A stretch of 64,000 nucleotides of DNA from a virus. The number at the start of each line of letters is the position of its first letter. Within the stretch, counting starts at the first letter, position 1. Shown here piece after piece: positions 47,083 to 56,298 of this stretch. The position numbers and the translations under genes are program-made. The stretch is taken from IMG/VR virus record IMGVR_UViG_3300025087_000053, positions 11,563 through 75,562 of that record; one strand, written 5' to 3'. The notes below the pieces were generated by a model, which saw only the letters and a program-made list of their open reading frames with translations, was not told the origin of the DNA and did not search any database.

Positions 47083-47433
47083 TTATTTCCCAAAAGGCCA
47101 CTTAATACCTGTTGTCTTCTGAAAAGAATCAACAGCCTTTGAAAGCCAAGATTTGCTTGCATATGTCTTGGGATTGTCTAGCCCATATTTTGTTATGGAG
47201 TCGACATAGCCCTTTTCTCCAGCAATAGCCTTAGAAAATAAGTCTACTTGCTCTTTGGTCCCTACAATTTTAACAGGAATGGCAAAATCCGACCCAAATA
47301 GTCTTTTAAGAATATTCTGTATTGCCACACCAAGAGACCTTGTAAATCTATCCTCGTTTATTTTATCTTTTTCATTTAAATTAATGCGAATTTCTTGTAG
47401 TTCTTGGTCTTTTGACATGGACAGTTCTCCCAA
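47083..47433 (-). CDS. Hypothetical protein
   Basis: ORF with upstream ACTAATTA motif; probable start MSKDQ. Confidence 0.65.
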   Translation of the reverse strand: MGELSMSKDQELQEIRINLNEKDKINEDRFTRSLGVAIQNILKRLFGSDFAIPVKIVGTKEQVDLFSKAIAGEKGYVDSITKYGLDNPKTYASKSWLSKAVDSFQKTTGIKWPFGK

Positions 47434-47477
47434 AAAGAAAAGATTTCTTTCTCAAATAATTAGTGATTTCTTATTGT

Positions 47478-47680
47478 TTATGGATGATTAAAGCTGGGAG
47501 GGCCACTATTTTTCTTTGGCTTCTCTTCTTCCAGCTTTGCAGATAGTTTCTCGATCAAAAATCTTCTTAATCCAACAGACATATTATAAGACGTTAATAT
47601 CGAAATATTCCCGTAATATGCCAATAAAAACATCGCCTCCCAAGCCTTTTCCACATATTCATCATTTATTCCAAAAAAAG
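47478..47680 (-). CDS. Tail assembly chaperone extension (probably reached by +1 frameshift)
   Basis: FFGINDEY...YNMSVGLRRFLIEKL open in the +1 frame from a U7 run. Confidence 0.55.
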
Positions 47681-48519
47681 CTGTGGTCAAGCGGAACCTC
47701 CGAGTCCGCTTCGAACCCACAAGAACAAGCAAAATGATACTTTCTCTTAATATCAGGAGCCACTTTAGAATAACAAAAAGTTAAATGGGCCGAGTCTACC
47801 ATCGGAAGCTTTTCTAATGCTGTACGAAGGAATACGGCAGTCCTGGGGTCATTCTTTGCTATCTTCTCCCCCTTTTCGTTCTCAATGGAAACAACGGCAG
47901 TTTCTAGCACAGAAAGATTTGTCAATTCCTTAATCTTTTTTTGTTCGTCTCGGGTTAAAAGCTGAAATTGTGCTTTCCATTTGGTTTTGGGAAGTTCTAT
48001 TTCATATGTCTTTGGGCCGGTTTTTACAATTACTTCGTCCCCTTCTGGCATACCTGGGGCTAGCTCAAAACTGTCCAAATCTACGGAACTATTAACTCTT
48101 TGCCCACAAGATGGACAGCCCAAAGAAAACTCATATTTCGGAGATATGGATTTTGACCGAGAAGCAATAACAATTGCGTTAATATCGGCAGCCAACAGCT
48201 CTCTCGGGTTTATGTGTTTATCCACCAAGATATGAGCAAGAAATTTATCTATTGCAAGGTCTTTTTTCCATAAATCTTTGTTGGAAAGAATATCCTCGTC
48301 TTTTGCTGTCATATGATAAATTTCAACGAATTCAGCATCTTTCAGAGGGTGCCCCTCTGGATAAAATCTTCCTTTACTTGGGATTTCTATTGTTTCCGTC
48401 TCAACAGGAAGATCAAACCATCTTGTTTTTTCTTGTGTTGGCGGAGGGTTGAAAGCTACATCTTCTTCTGTTGTTTTTTGATGCGCTCCCAAAAGTCGTT
48501 CGTCGTTTCTTGTTGCCAT
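47662..48519 (-). CDS. Tail/baseplate assembly chaperone (gp26-like)
   Basis: IPSKGRFYP, MTAKDEDIL, CPSCG, CSCG, ends FFW; lies between tube and tape measure. Confidence 0.8.
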   Translation of the reverse strand: MATRNDERLLGAHQKTTEEDVAFNPPPTQEKTRWFDLPVETETIEIPSKGRFYPEGHPLKDAEFVEIYHMTAKDEDILSNKDLWKKDLAIDKFLAHILVDKHINPRELLAADINAIVIASRSKSISPKYEFSLGCPSCGQRVNSSVDLDSFELAPGMPEGDEVIVKTGPKTYEIELPKTKWKAQFQLLTRDEQKKIKELTNLSVLETAVVSIENEKGEKIAKNDPRTAVFLRTALEKLPMVDSAHLTFCYSKVAPDIKRKYHFACSCGFEADSEVPLDHSFFWNK

Positions 48520-48611
48520 GTTTTATTACCTTCTGGCGAACTTTCGCCAATGCTCATGCTGCGCTGTCTACAGCCCTTCAAACACATAAAATATATCTCA
48601 CATAAGTCGGT

Positions 48612-48801
48612 TTCGTGTGCTATATTTACAATGTGTCGAAGATTTATACTACGACTTATGAAAGAACCGCCGCCTTGGCGGGGATAGCCTGCTGTCAAGA
48701 AAGCTCTGGTTCTGGCCTTACGGCCAGAATGAAACTCTCTCATGGGCAGGAATTGAGTAGCCGTGTTAGCTAAGGAGTTCATGGTTTAAGTCTCAAAGGG
48801 G
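48612..48801 (+). mobile_element. Mini TnpB element E5 (promoter + omegaRNA + right end; left end not recognisable)
   Basis: Homology to E2/E3 from TTCGTGTGCTATATT to GTCTCAAAGGGG. Confidence 0.88.
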
Positions 48802-48864
48802 ACCTAGATTAGCACATTAAATAGGCTAATGTGAGGATTTTAGCAAGAAGAGAAGAAATAAACA

Positions 48865-49401
48865 TTACGGGAAAACGCGCTGACGAGTGGGAGGAGTGTT
48901 TAATTCTGCCCAATCGTAAACAATGGTAACTTCCACTTCTGAAAGCTCATCGCTGGAATAATCCAATGTTGAAGGGCTAACTGCCGATATCCAAGCATTG
49001 TGGAGCATCCAAGTTTCTGTTTCACCACCTTCCTCATCTAACTGCGCAATCTTTATTAAACCAAGACTTGCCACAGAACGACTTTTAGACATAGAATTGG
49101 ATAAATCGGATTCGTTAATCGGAGGATGATATCCCGCCTTTGAAATATATTTCAAAAGAGACATTACCGTATCATCACCAAACCCAAAGTCTACAAAAGT
49201 AGCACTAATGTCCTGCCAAGACATAATACCAGGGAATTTAAATTTGTGCCCCATGTAGTGGTGTTCTACTGTATTGACTTCAAATTTAGGCTTATCGATC
49301 TTTTTTGCGGCAATTCTGGGAACTTCGCTGATGCCCAAATAAACAACCCACCGAAAAGCTCTCTTAGTGTCCGCGCCTATTGCATCACGCCAAAAAGCCA
49401 T
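48865..49401 (-). CDS. Tail tube protein (gp19-like)
   Basis: KRAFRW, KFPG..SWQDIS.TF.D, ETW.LHNAW, LDYSSDE...VTIVYDWA. Confidence 0.9.
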   Translation of the reverse strand: MAFWRDAIGADTKRAFRWVVYLGISEVPRIAAKKIDKPKFEVNTVEHHYMGHKFKFPGIMSWQDISATFVDFGFGDDTVMSLLKYISKAGYHPPINESDLSNSMSKSRSVASLGLIKIAQLDEEGGETETWMLHNAWISAVSPSTLDYSSDELSEVEVTIVYDWAELNTPPTRQRVFP

Positions 49402-49430
49402 ATTATTTCCTCTCCTCTAAGTAATTACAA

Positions 49431-52265
49431 TTAATCATCAAACGATGCACCACTAGAAGTAATGTTAAACTCAACAGCCAGATATTCAATTGCCTTAGCA
49501 GGCTTCAAAAGAATCTTTGCATACATGATGTTCCTGTCACGTAAATCAGGAGTCGTAGTGGTTTCGTCAAGAATGATTCTAAAGTCTTCTAGACCGTAGT
49601 TAGACTTCACGCTAGCCAGAAGCGGTTCTACTTTAGAGTAAAACTTTTGCCACGTCGCCTGGACGTTATTCTCAAATAAGATTCCTTTGCTTCTTGTCGA
49701 AATCTCTTTCTTCAGATAGATCATCAGACGACGGACATTAATTCTGTCCAAAGCAGATTGAGTAGTCTGAAGTGTTTTCTGCCCAAAGATAACAATCCCC
49801 TCTTGTGGGAAAGAAGCGATAGGGTTGATATTCACTTCATATAATTTATCTCTGTCTTTCTTGGTCAGTTTCGCACGAACGTTAACAACAGGAATCCCAC
49901 CCGCACCATCAGTTAGACCACCTCGATTAAATCCAGCAGGAGCAAACCACAGCTTGGAATTCTTTTGTCCATAGGCGAAAGCCCCAATTGCCACAACCGA
50001 AGGAGGAACCCACAGAAGAGCGTCGTTAATTGTATCTCTGACTTGCACCCAAGAATAATAGGTGCAACCATAAGAACTATTAATTCCTCTTCCCTGCAGA
50101 TTAGAAACAACCGTAGAAACAGTCCCAACTCTAGAACTTTCCGAGTCGGTGCTTTCTGCACTAGGTTTGTAATCCCCATTCAGATCGATTACAGCTAGAG
50201 AATCTCGTCTTTCTTCGCAGGCATCAATAATATATCCAGTTAGACCTTCGTTAGAAAGACCCGGCATCGACATAATATTGCACTCAACAACTTCGGGATC
50301 TCTTACGGAATCAACCGCTCTACGGATTGTGTTGTAAGCGTAGTTTGTTAATTCTGTGCCACCAGTTAGATAAGTATTTCTAAAAGGTTCCTTCTCGGTA
50401 ACATCTAGACCATCAAATCCACCAAACAGAGGAGCTGTAAATTGATCAAACCCAGAATCAAGAACCGTCTTCCAACCAGCAGAACCAGAGGCAGTATAAG
50501 AAGTACCTGCCGTTCTATAAGTCGAAGCATACAGAGCGTTGGTAGAAGATGCCGGATCAACCTTCAAGTTATCCAGAGAGAACTTAAAAGAATGCTCTGT
50601 TAGAGTACCATCGGAAAACGAATCTAGATCTGATGGCAGAGGATAAACCAAATCTTTAAAACTCTTCTCAAACTTCGCAGAAGAACCGCTTTGACAAGTG
50701 TCAATGCCCCAGTAAGCATCTCTAGGAGAACTAAAATTTCCTGTTAGCCCCGTAGTTCTAAGAGCAACCGAGGGGAAGGCCAAAGAACAAGTAAATGCCG
50801 AAATCCCAGAATGTATTGCTTGTGTACCTACTGTTGCATAAGTTGAATGAGGCACGCTACCCATACCTTTAACAAAGGCGGTTGCTCCCGGTGCACTACC
50901 GCTAGTCAAAGAAACAGTATTGCAGCGCAGTGGGCCATAGAACCCAAAGGGCAGAAGAGACGCATCTGTTAGACCAGAGTCTACGTCGTCATTCATTACA
51001 ACATAAACAAATTTGCTTCTATTGGTATAATCACCATAGGTCACATATAGTCTGTTGGTCTCATCCCAAGTTTGATATTTTGTACCAATTTTCTTGGCAA
51101 CGTAGTTGGGAGAAGAGGGATCAAGATTACAACCCGTGAAGGTCTCTAGAACAACTCTCTTCCCATCGTTATCCGAGCTTTGACGAATGGTTACTGTAAA
51201 TGAACCATATTGATAATCTAAGTTCTCGCTATATTTGACATCTTCAACAGAGACTTTAATGTTCTTGCTTAGCCATTCGCCACCGTCCAAGCTAACAAAT
51301 TTAAACAACTTTTGCATATCATCCGGATCGTAAGAGGCATAATCAGTTGATAAATCTTGTGCAAAGAACCACCCGGTTTCAGCTTTTTTAGAACCCATGC
51401 GATAGTCTGCACCATCATATGAGCCGCTGCCAAGAGCCATAATAAATCCATAACAATCACCTGCAACAGAACCAGCACCAACTGTATCTTTTAGATGCCT
51501 GTCGAAGGTTTGACCAAGCCAATAAGTTTTAAGTCCCGCTGTTGCAATAATGTCGTTATTCACCAAAGTCGGATTTGTATTAAATACTCTTCGAATATAT
51601 TTCGCAGAATTATCAGAGAAATTAAAAGCCGTGGTCAGAACATCTGTACCAGACGAATTCGCGATTGTAGCCTTAAATTCATAATTTCCACCTTGAGATT
51701 TCACAAGAGCAGCAGCACCAGAGCCGGAAGCACCTACAACGGTGTCATTCGGCATCGTACCGCTTAGGCGAATAGAGCCCTCATCAAGATAAAAAATCGC
51801 AGCTAATGATGCACTTCCGTGATTTGCCACAGAACTAGAAGCAACAACAAATAAACCATAGGCTCCGCCATTGGTCGCTTGGTCTACTGTAGGCTCTACC
51901 AGAGCCGTTGCCCAACCCGCCTCTCCGTCCGCAGTAGCGTTGGTATGCTGTTCGCCTAGCAAACGAACATAAGTAATGGGAGATTCGTTTTTCAACCACG
52001 CCCAAGCAGCATAAGCGCCGTAAGTAGGAGCTGTATAATTACCATCTCTCCATACGTCACCACCCTTACCACCGGCAATAGGATTTCCAAAAATCTCCAC
52101 AAACTCCGAAAAAGAATTAACTTTTACCGGACGCATACCAGGACCGCGTTCTGCACGACCGATGATTGCTGGACCAATAGGAACCCCGGTTTTGGAAACC
52201 TGAGAATTATCGGTCTCTTCAATCATAATCGCCGGGGAAATAAAGCGGAATTTATCAATCGCCAT
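49431..52265 (-). CDS. Contractile tail sheath protein (gp18-like)
   Basis: FISPAI..EE.D.S, WVPPS, WFAPAGFNRG, INPI, FGQKTLQ, ALDRINVRRL. Confidence 0.95.
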   Translation of the reverse strand: MAIDKFRFISPAIMIEETDNSQVSKTGVPIGPAIIGRAERGPGMRPVKVNSFSEFVEIFGNPIAGGKGGDVWRDGNYTAPTYGAYAAWAWLKNESPITYVRLLGEQHTNATADGEAGWATALVEPTVDQATNGGAYGLFVVASSSVANHGSASLAAIFYLDEGSIRLSGTMPNDTVVGASGSGAAALVKSQGGNYEFKATIANSSGTDVLTTAFNFSDNSAKYIRRVFNTNPTLVNNDIIATAGLKTYWLGQTFDRHLKDTVGAGSVAGDCYGFIMALGSGSYDGADYRMGSKKAETGWFFAQDLSTDYASYDPDDMQKLFKFVSLDGGEWLSKNIKVSVEDVKYSENLDYQYGSFTVTIRQSSDNDGKRVVLETFTGCNLDPSSPNYVAKKIGTKYQTWDETNRLYVTYGDYTNRSKFVYVVMNDDVDSGLTDASLLPFGFYGPLRCNTVSLTSGSAPGATAFVKGMGSVPHSTYATVGTQAIHSGISAFTCSLAFPSVALRTTGLTGNFSSPRDAYWGIDTCQSGSSAKFEKSFKDLVYPLPSDLDSFSDGTLTEHSFKFSLDNLKVDPASSTNALYASTYRTAGTSYTASGSAGWKTVLDSGFDQFTAPLFGGFDGLDVTEKEPFRNTYLTGGTELTNYAYNTIRRAVDSVRDPEVVECNIMSMPGLSNEGLTGYIIDACEERRDSLAVIDLNGDYKPSAESTDSESSRVGTVSTVVSNLQGRGINSSYGCTYYSWVQVRDTINDALLWVPPSVVAIGAFAYGQKNSKLWFAPAGFNRGGLTDGAGGIPVVNVRAKLTKKDRDKLYEVNINPIASFPQEGIVIFGQKTLQTTQSALDRINVRRLMIYLKKEISTRSKGILFENNVQATWQKFYSKVEPLLASVKSNYGLEDFRIILDETTTTPDLRDRNIMYAKILLKPAKAIEYLAVEFNITSSGASFDD

Positions 52266-52320
52266 AAGTTTTTCTCTCCTCTGCGCTCAAAGCTCCAATC
52301 CTTTTTAAGATTGGTCATAG

Positions 52321-52328
52321 TAAATAGT
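52321..52328 (-). promoter_or_regulatory. Putative late promoter motif ACTATTTA
   Basis: Upstream of tail sheath; motif recurs before other late genes. Confidence 0.55.
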
Positions 52329-52366
52329 TGATTTCTTGGCCAAAACGCGGAAGAAATAAGAGAAGT

Positions 52367-54028
52367 TTAATTTTCTTCGTCCTCATCCCAATCTAACATT
52401 ACATATTCTCTAGGAATCTTGACTTCTACGATACTTTCGCCTCTTTTAATTTTAGGTGTCTTGCTGTTTTCCCCTGCTTCTGTAATGTAACCTATTGTTT
52501 TTACAGTAATTGTTGTCTTAAAGAATCGCTCTTCTTCTTTAGTTCCCTCCGCATTATCTTCCGTTGGAAACTCTTCTGGTAAGAATCCTTCATATTTGTG
52601 TCCTTCTCTGCCAAAGACGAAATAATTAATACTTCCCGGTTTTGATAAAAACGGTTGTACCAATGTGTTCATTTGCTGTATATGGCTTGTTTTTATTGAT
52701 ATTTTATATTCTATGTTGACGTAGGAAAATTGGGGTAGGTTTATATATTCATACAATACCTTCTTTGCTCTATTCTCCGGATACCAGAAGTTTATTTTTC
52801 CATACTCGTCCAAAGACTGTTCATTTCGATGATTTGCGGTTTTCTCGTGTTTTATGCGTCTTTTAAAACGAGCCACTCCGCCTTTTTCATCAGTATTTAA
52901 ATTCGCAAAGAATTGGCCTTTTTCCGTAAGACTTCTCCCTATATCCCCTCTTCTTACCGATATTAACGGAAGTTCCAAAGAACCAGAAGACTCTCTTAAA
53001 TCTTTGTTATTTTTTATATGGAAAACTCGCTCAGAATCAGACCAGATAACGGGAGTTTTTTCCCATCCATCTTGTGTGTTGCAAAAAAGGTCGAGTTCTT
53101 TATCAACCCAGTCATAAAAGGCCCAGTCAATGTTTTCTAGTGTTGATGGCTGAACTTCAAAAATTTCTTCTTCTTTCTTTTCTTTCTTCTTTTGGCTGTT
53201 ATTGAAAGACGGCTTTTTTCTTCTTGAGTGAGTGTATGAAGGGGAAGCTTCCCCAGCCGTTATAACCGTTCCAGCGGAAGATAAAACAATCTCGCCGATG
53301 CTCTGCGCCAGCGCGCCGGTGGAGACGTTCGAGACGACGGTGCCGGCGGCTGATAGGAAGATGTCGCCGATGGAGTTGGAGAAGGTGCCGGTGGACGGGA
53401 CGCTTTCGCGCAGCAAACAAGCGATAAGCGCCCAGTCCTCGCTCGCATGGTTGATGCCGGCAGTCCAATCAGACGACACAGACAAATTATATTCTTGAGC
53501 TGTGATCCGAGTGCCGTTGTCTTGGTTCCCACTTAATGTACCGTCGATAGCCGTAACGCCAGAAATATCACCTTGCCCAGACGCCACCGCGCAATAACCC
53601 ATACCGGCGCCAGTGACAGTAAGAACCGCTGACGCCGGCGTGCCGGTGCCAGAACTGCCAGTGTATGACGACAACACCACAGGATAACCGGAGTTAGAAT
53701 AGAAGTGCAGCGTCCTAAACCCCAAAGTATTAAGCGCAGTGTTTGGGATATTAAGTGTCCTAGACCCCGTTGTGGTCGTCGTCGTCCACCAAAGTTCAAG
53801 CACTCCCTCCGGGGAAGACGCGGCCTTTCTTTGCGTGTCGATTTGTGTAAACGTGTCTAACCCATCAGAAAAATACGGCGCTCCTCCTGCTCGGCCGGTC
53901 GCGCCTTGCGTATTGATAAAACAAAAAATGATTCTTGTCGCTGCGTCTATGATCGTGGTCATTGACAAGGGGTTTGTATTCCCATTTGGAATTCCGAGCA
54001 AATTGCCTTCTGCCTGAAAAAACGCCAT
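52367..54028 (-). CDS. Chimeric protein: GC-rich beta-rich structural domain fused to a duplicate tail-completion domain
   Basis: C-terminal ~270 aa are a paralogue of 54460-55296; N-terminal part is Thr/Ser/Gly-rich and GC-rich. Confidence 0.8.
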   Translation of the reverse strand: MAFFQAEGNLLGIPNGNTNPLSMTTIIDAATRIIFCFINTQGATGRAGGAPYFSDGLDTFTQIDTQRKAASSPEGVLELWWTTTTTTGSRTLNIPNTALNTLGFRTLHFYSNSGYPVVLSSYTGSSGTGTPASAVLTVTGAGMGYCAVASGQGDISGVTAIDGTLSGNQDNGTRITAQEYNLSVSSDWTAGINHASEDWALIACLLRESVPSTGTFSNSIGDIFLSAAGTVVSNVSTGALAQSIGEIVLSSAGTVITAGEASPSYTHSRRKKPSFNNSQKKKEKKEEEIFEVQPSTLENIDWAFYDWVDKELDLFCNTQDGWEKTPVIWSDSERVFHIKNNKDLRESSGSLELPLISVRRGDIGRSLTEKGQFFANLNTDEKGGVARFKRRIKHEKTANHRNEQSLDEYGKINFWYPENRAKKVLYEYINLPQFSYVNIEYKISIKTSHIQQMNTLVQPFLSKPGSINYFVFGREGHKYEGFLPEEFPTEDNAEGTKEEERFFKTTITVKTIGYITEAGENSKTPKIKRGESIVEVKIPREYVMLDWDEDEEN

Positions 54029-54032
54029 CTTC

Positions 54033-54440
54033 TTACGCCCCCGGCGCCGTCCAGGTCCATGTGGTCACAGTCACCGTCTGCCCGGCCTCGATGGTGACGT
54101 CGTCAAGCGTCAAGTCGCCGCCGTCGCCGGTCGCGGTCACGGTGCCCTGTGCGTGGCAGGTCGTACCGTCGCTGGCGTAGAGCCGCCAGTGCGCAGCCGT
54201 GCCCGCCGCGTCGGCACTGGTATCGCTCCAGGTGCCGGCCTTGACCTTGCTGCCGCTCGACGCTGCCGCCATCCAATCGGCCGGCAGAGTGATGATCGCA
54301 AGCACGGTGCCGCTGTCCGCCGTCGCGCAGTCTGCGGGCTGCGCACCGGTGCGGATCTTGAGCACAGGAGACGCACCAACCGTCGTCTCAATTATATCTA
54401 AAAGTGCATTTCGTACCGTATCCGAATACTGTTGTGCCAA
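54033..54440 (-). CDS. Small Ala/Thr-rich putative virion structural protein (GC-rich, foreign-looking)
   Basis: 135 aa; GGAGG RBS; codon usage unlike its neighbours. Confidence 0.75.
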   Translation of the reverse strand: MAQQYSDTVRNALLDIIETTVGASPVLKIRTGAQPADCATADSGTVLAIITLPADWMAAASSGSKVKAGTWSDTSADAAGTAAHWRLYASDGTTCHAQGTVTATGDGGDLTLDDVTIEAGQTVTVTTWTWTAPGA

Positions 54441-54459
54441 TCATTTATCCTCCCAAAAC

Positions 54460-55296
54460 TTAATCTTCGTTATCTTCGTTCCAATCCAACATTACATATT
54501 CTCTAGGAATCTTAACTTCTACAATGCTTTCTCCTCTTTTTATTTTTGGTGTCTTGTCGTTCTTTCCCGCTCCCATGATATATCCAATTGTTTTCACAAG
54601 AATCGTTGTTTTAAAAAATCTCTCTTCTTCTTGGGGCTTTTCTGAATTTCCCTCCGCAGCATATTTATCCGGCAAGAACCCTTCATATTTATGCCCCTCC
54701 CTGCCGAAGACGAAGTAATTAATACCTCCCGCCTTAACTAGGAAAGGTCTTATTAGTGTGTTCATTTGTTGAATATGACTTGCTTTTATTGATATCTTAT
54801 AGTTTACCACAAGATATACCGGCTGCGGCATGTTGATATATTCATACAATACCTTCTTTGCTCTATTCTCCGGATACCAGAAGTTTATTTTTCCGTACTC
54901 ATCCAAAGATTGCTCGTTTCTGTGATTTGCTGTTTTCTCGTGCTTTATCTTCTTTTTAAAGATTGTTACTCCGCCTTTATCGTCGGGATTAAGATTGGCA
55001 AAGAAAGGGCCTTTGTCGGTAAGACTCTTTGTAAAAGAATCTCTTTTTACAGAAATAAGAGGTAATTCAAGAGTTCCCGACATATCTCTTAGGTCTTTGT
55101 TATTTTTTATGTGATAGGATCTTTCCGCGCTCGTCCAGATAACAGGAGTTTTTTCCCATCCGTTTTGTGTATTACAGAAAAGGTCTAATTCTTTATCAAC
55201 CCAATCAAAAAAAGCCCAGTCAATGTTTTCTAAGGTTGAAGGCTGAACTTCAAAGACTTCTTCGGAAGTTGGTTTTTTTTGAGATACTTTTCCCAT
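54460..55296 (-). CDS. Putative tail completion / sheath terminator protein (gp15-like)
   Basis: STLENID.A, PVIW.S.ER, LPLISV.R; located between neck and sheath genes. Confidence 0.65.
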   Translation of the reverse strand: MGKVSQKKPTSEEVFEVQPSTLENIDWAFFDWVDKELDLFCNTQNGWEKTPVIWTSAERSYHIKNNKDLRDMSGTLELPLISVKRDSFTKSLTDKGPFFANLNPDDKGGVTIFKKKIKHEKTANHRNEQSLDEYGKINFWYPENRAKKVLYEYINMPQPVYLVVNYKISIKASHIQQMNTLIRPFLVKAGGINYFVFGREGHKYEGFLPDKYAAEGNSEKPQEEERFFKTTILVKTIGYIMGAGKNDKTPKIKRGESIVEVKIPREYVMLDWNEDNED

Positions 55297-56298
55297 TTAT
55301 CTTACCCTCTTGTCCACTATCCCAAAATCACTTCCCGACTTTTCCCTCGTTTGCTCCCAAAACTCTTCTGGTGGTTCGCCATATCTAATTATGTAAACAG
55401 GTTTATATTTATCCTCTGTCGAAGCTTCAATTTCCACAATAGACAGAATCCTATTTCTTCCAGAATATCCAACAGGCTCCATAACTCTAAAGTTCGTATC
55501 TCCTGTATATTTTCTTGGAGAAGAAGATATTTTTTTAAGAATGGTAGAAAATTTATTTATGTTGTCTGCATAGTTTTTTTCTGCTTCTTGGGGAGACTTT
55601 ACAAATTCTTGTATTTCAGAGTAGTCGTAATAAAGATATCTACTCTTTTCGTGTGCAAGAATTCTTTCATAATAAGAAATAATTGTTCTGAAAATTAGTT
55701 CCTCGTGTTTTCTCAAATATTCTTCAAATTTCTTGTTCCCATAGTCTTGCGTAACTTCTTTATACTTTTCCAAAAGCTGCTTAAATACATTTTCTACAAT
55801 TTCTTTGCGATAATCTTCATATTTTTTTATATTCTCTAGTTCGTGAACAGTCCCATAAAAGTAATCGCCACTTCTCACGGATTTTGATATTGTTGAACCC
55901 AAGATACTTTTAATATCGTCTTCATCTGGTAATGCCGACTTAGGTTGTACTAAAGCAGAAATAATGATCCTATTTCCTCCATATTTAGCTACAGTTTGCT
56001 GGCCAGCTATTCTTGCTGTTAAAATGTTATTTGTGAAATAAGCTCCACCATAGCTATGCCTCGAAGGAGTATGAGTTTCCGCTTGAGGGTCGTCTTCCCA
56101 AGTTTTTTCTTTTGGGTTTGGGACCAAACCGTTGGTTAAAATAGAATTTAAAAACTTTGAGGAAGTGCCGTGAAAAACAACTTCTCTATTTTTAGTTCTA
56201 CGCTCTTTAAGAACTCTTTGCGTTTCCTCTCTTATAATCTTCCCAAGATGTAAAGAAAAATTACTTAGCATTGAACACACCACTTCGAGCACGGACAC
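55297..56298 (-). CDS. Putative ADP-ribosyltransferase-fold protein
   Basis: VVFHGTS...SILTNGL.P...GAYFT signature. Confidence 0.65.
   Translation of the reverse strand: MSVLEVVCSMLSNFSLHLGKIIREETQRVLKERRTKNREVVFHGTSSKFLNSILTNGLVPNPKEKTWEDDPQAETHTPSRHSYGGAYFTNNILTARIAGQQTVAKYGGNRIIISALVQPKSALPDEDDIKSILGSTISKSVRSGDYFYGTVHELENIKKYEDYRKEIVENVFKQLLEKYKEVTQDYGNKKFEEYLRKHEELIFRTIISYYERILAHEKSRYLYYDYSEIQEFVKSPQEAEKNYADNINKFSTILKKISSSPRKYTGDTNFRVMEPVGYSGRNRILSIVEIEASTEDKYKPVYIIRYGEPPEEFWEQTREKSGSDFGIVDKRVR

Noticed and set aside
7496-48820. Self-targets of the omegaRNA guides elsewhere in the window
   Set aside because: By eye only matches of about 10 nt were seen (e.g. TGTCTAGCCC near 47175), as expected by chance; a computed search is still needed
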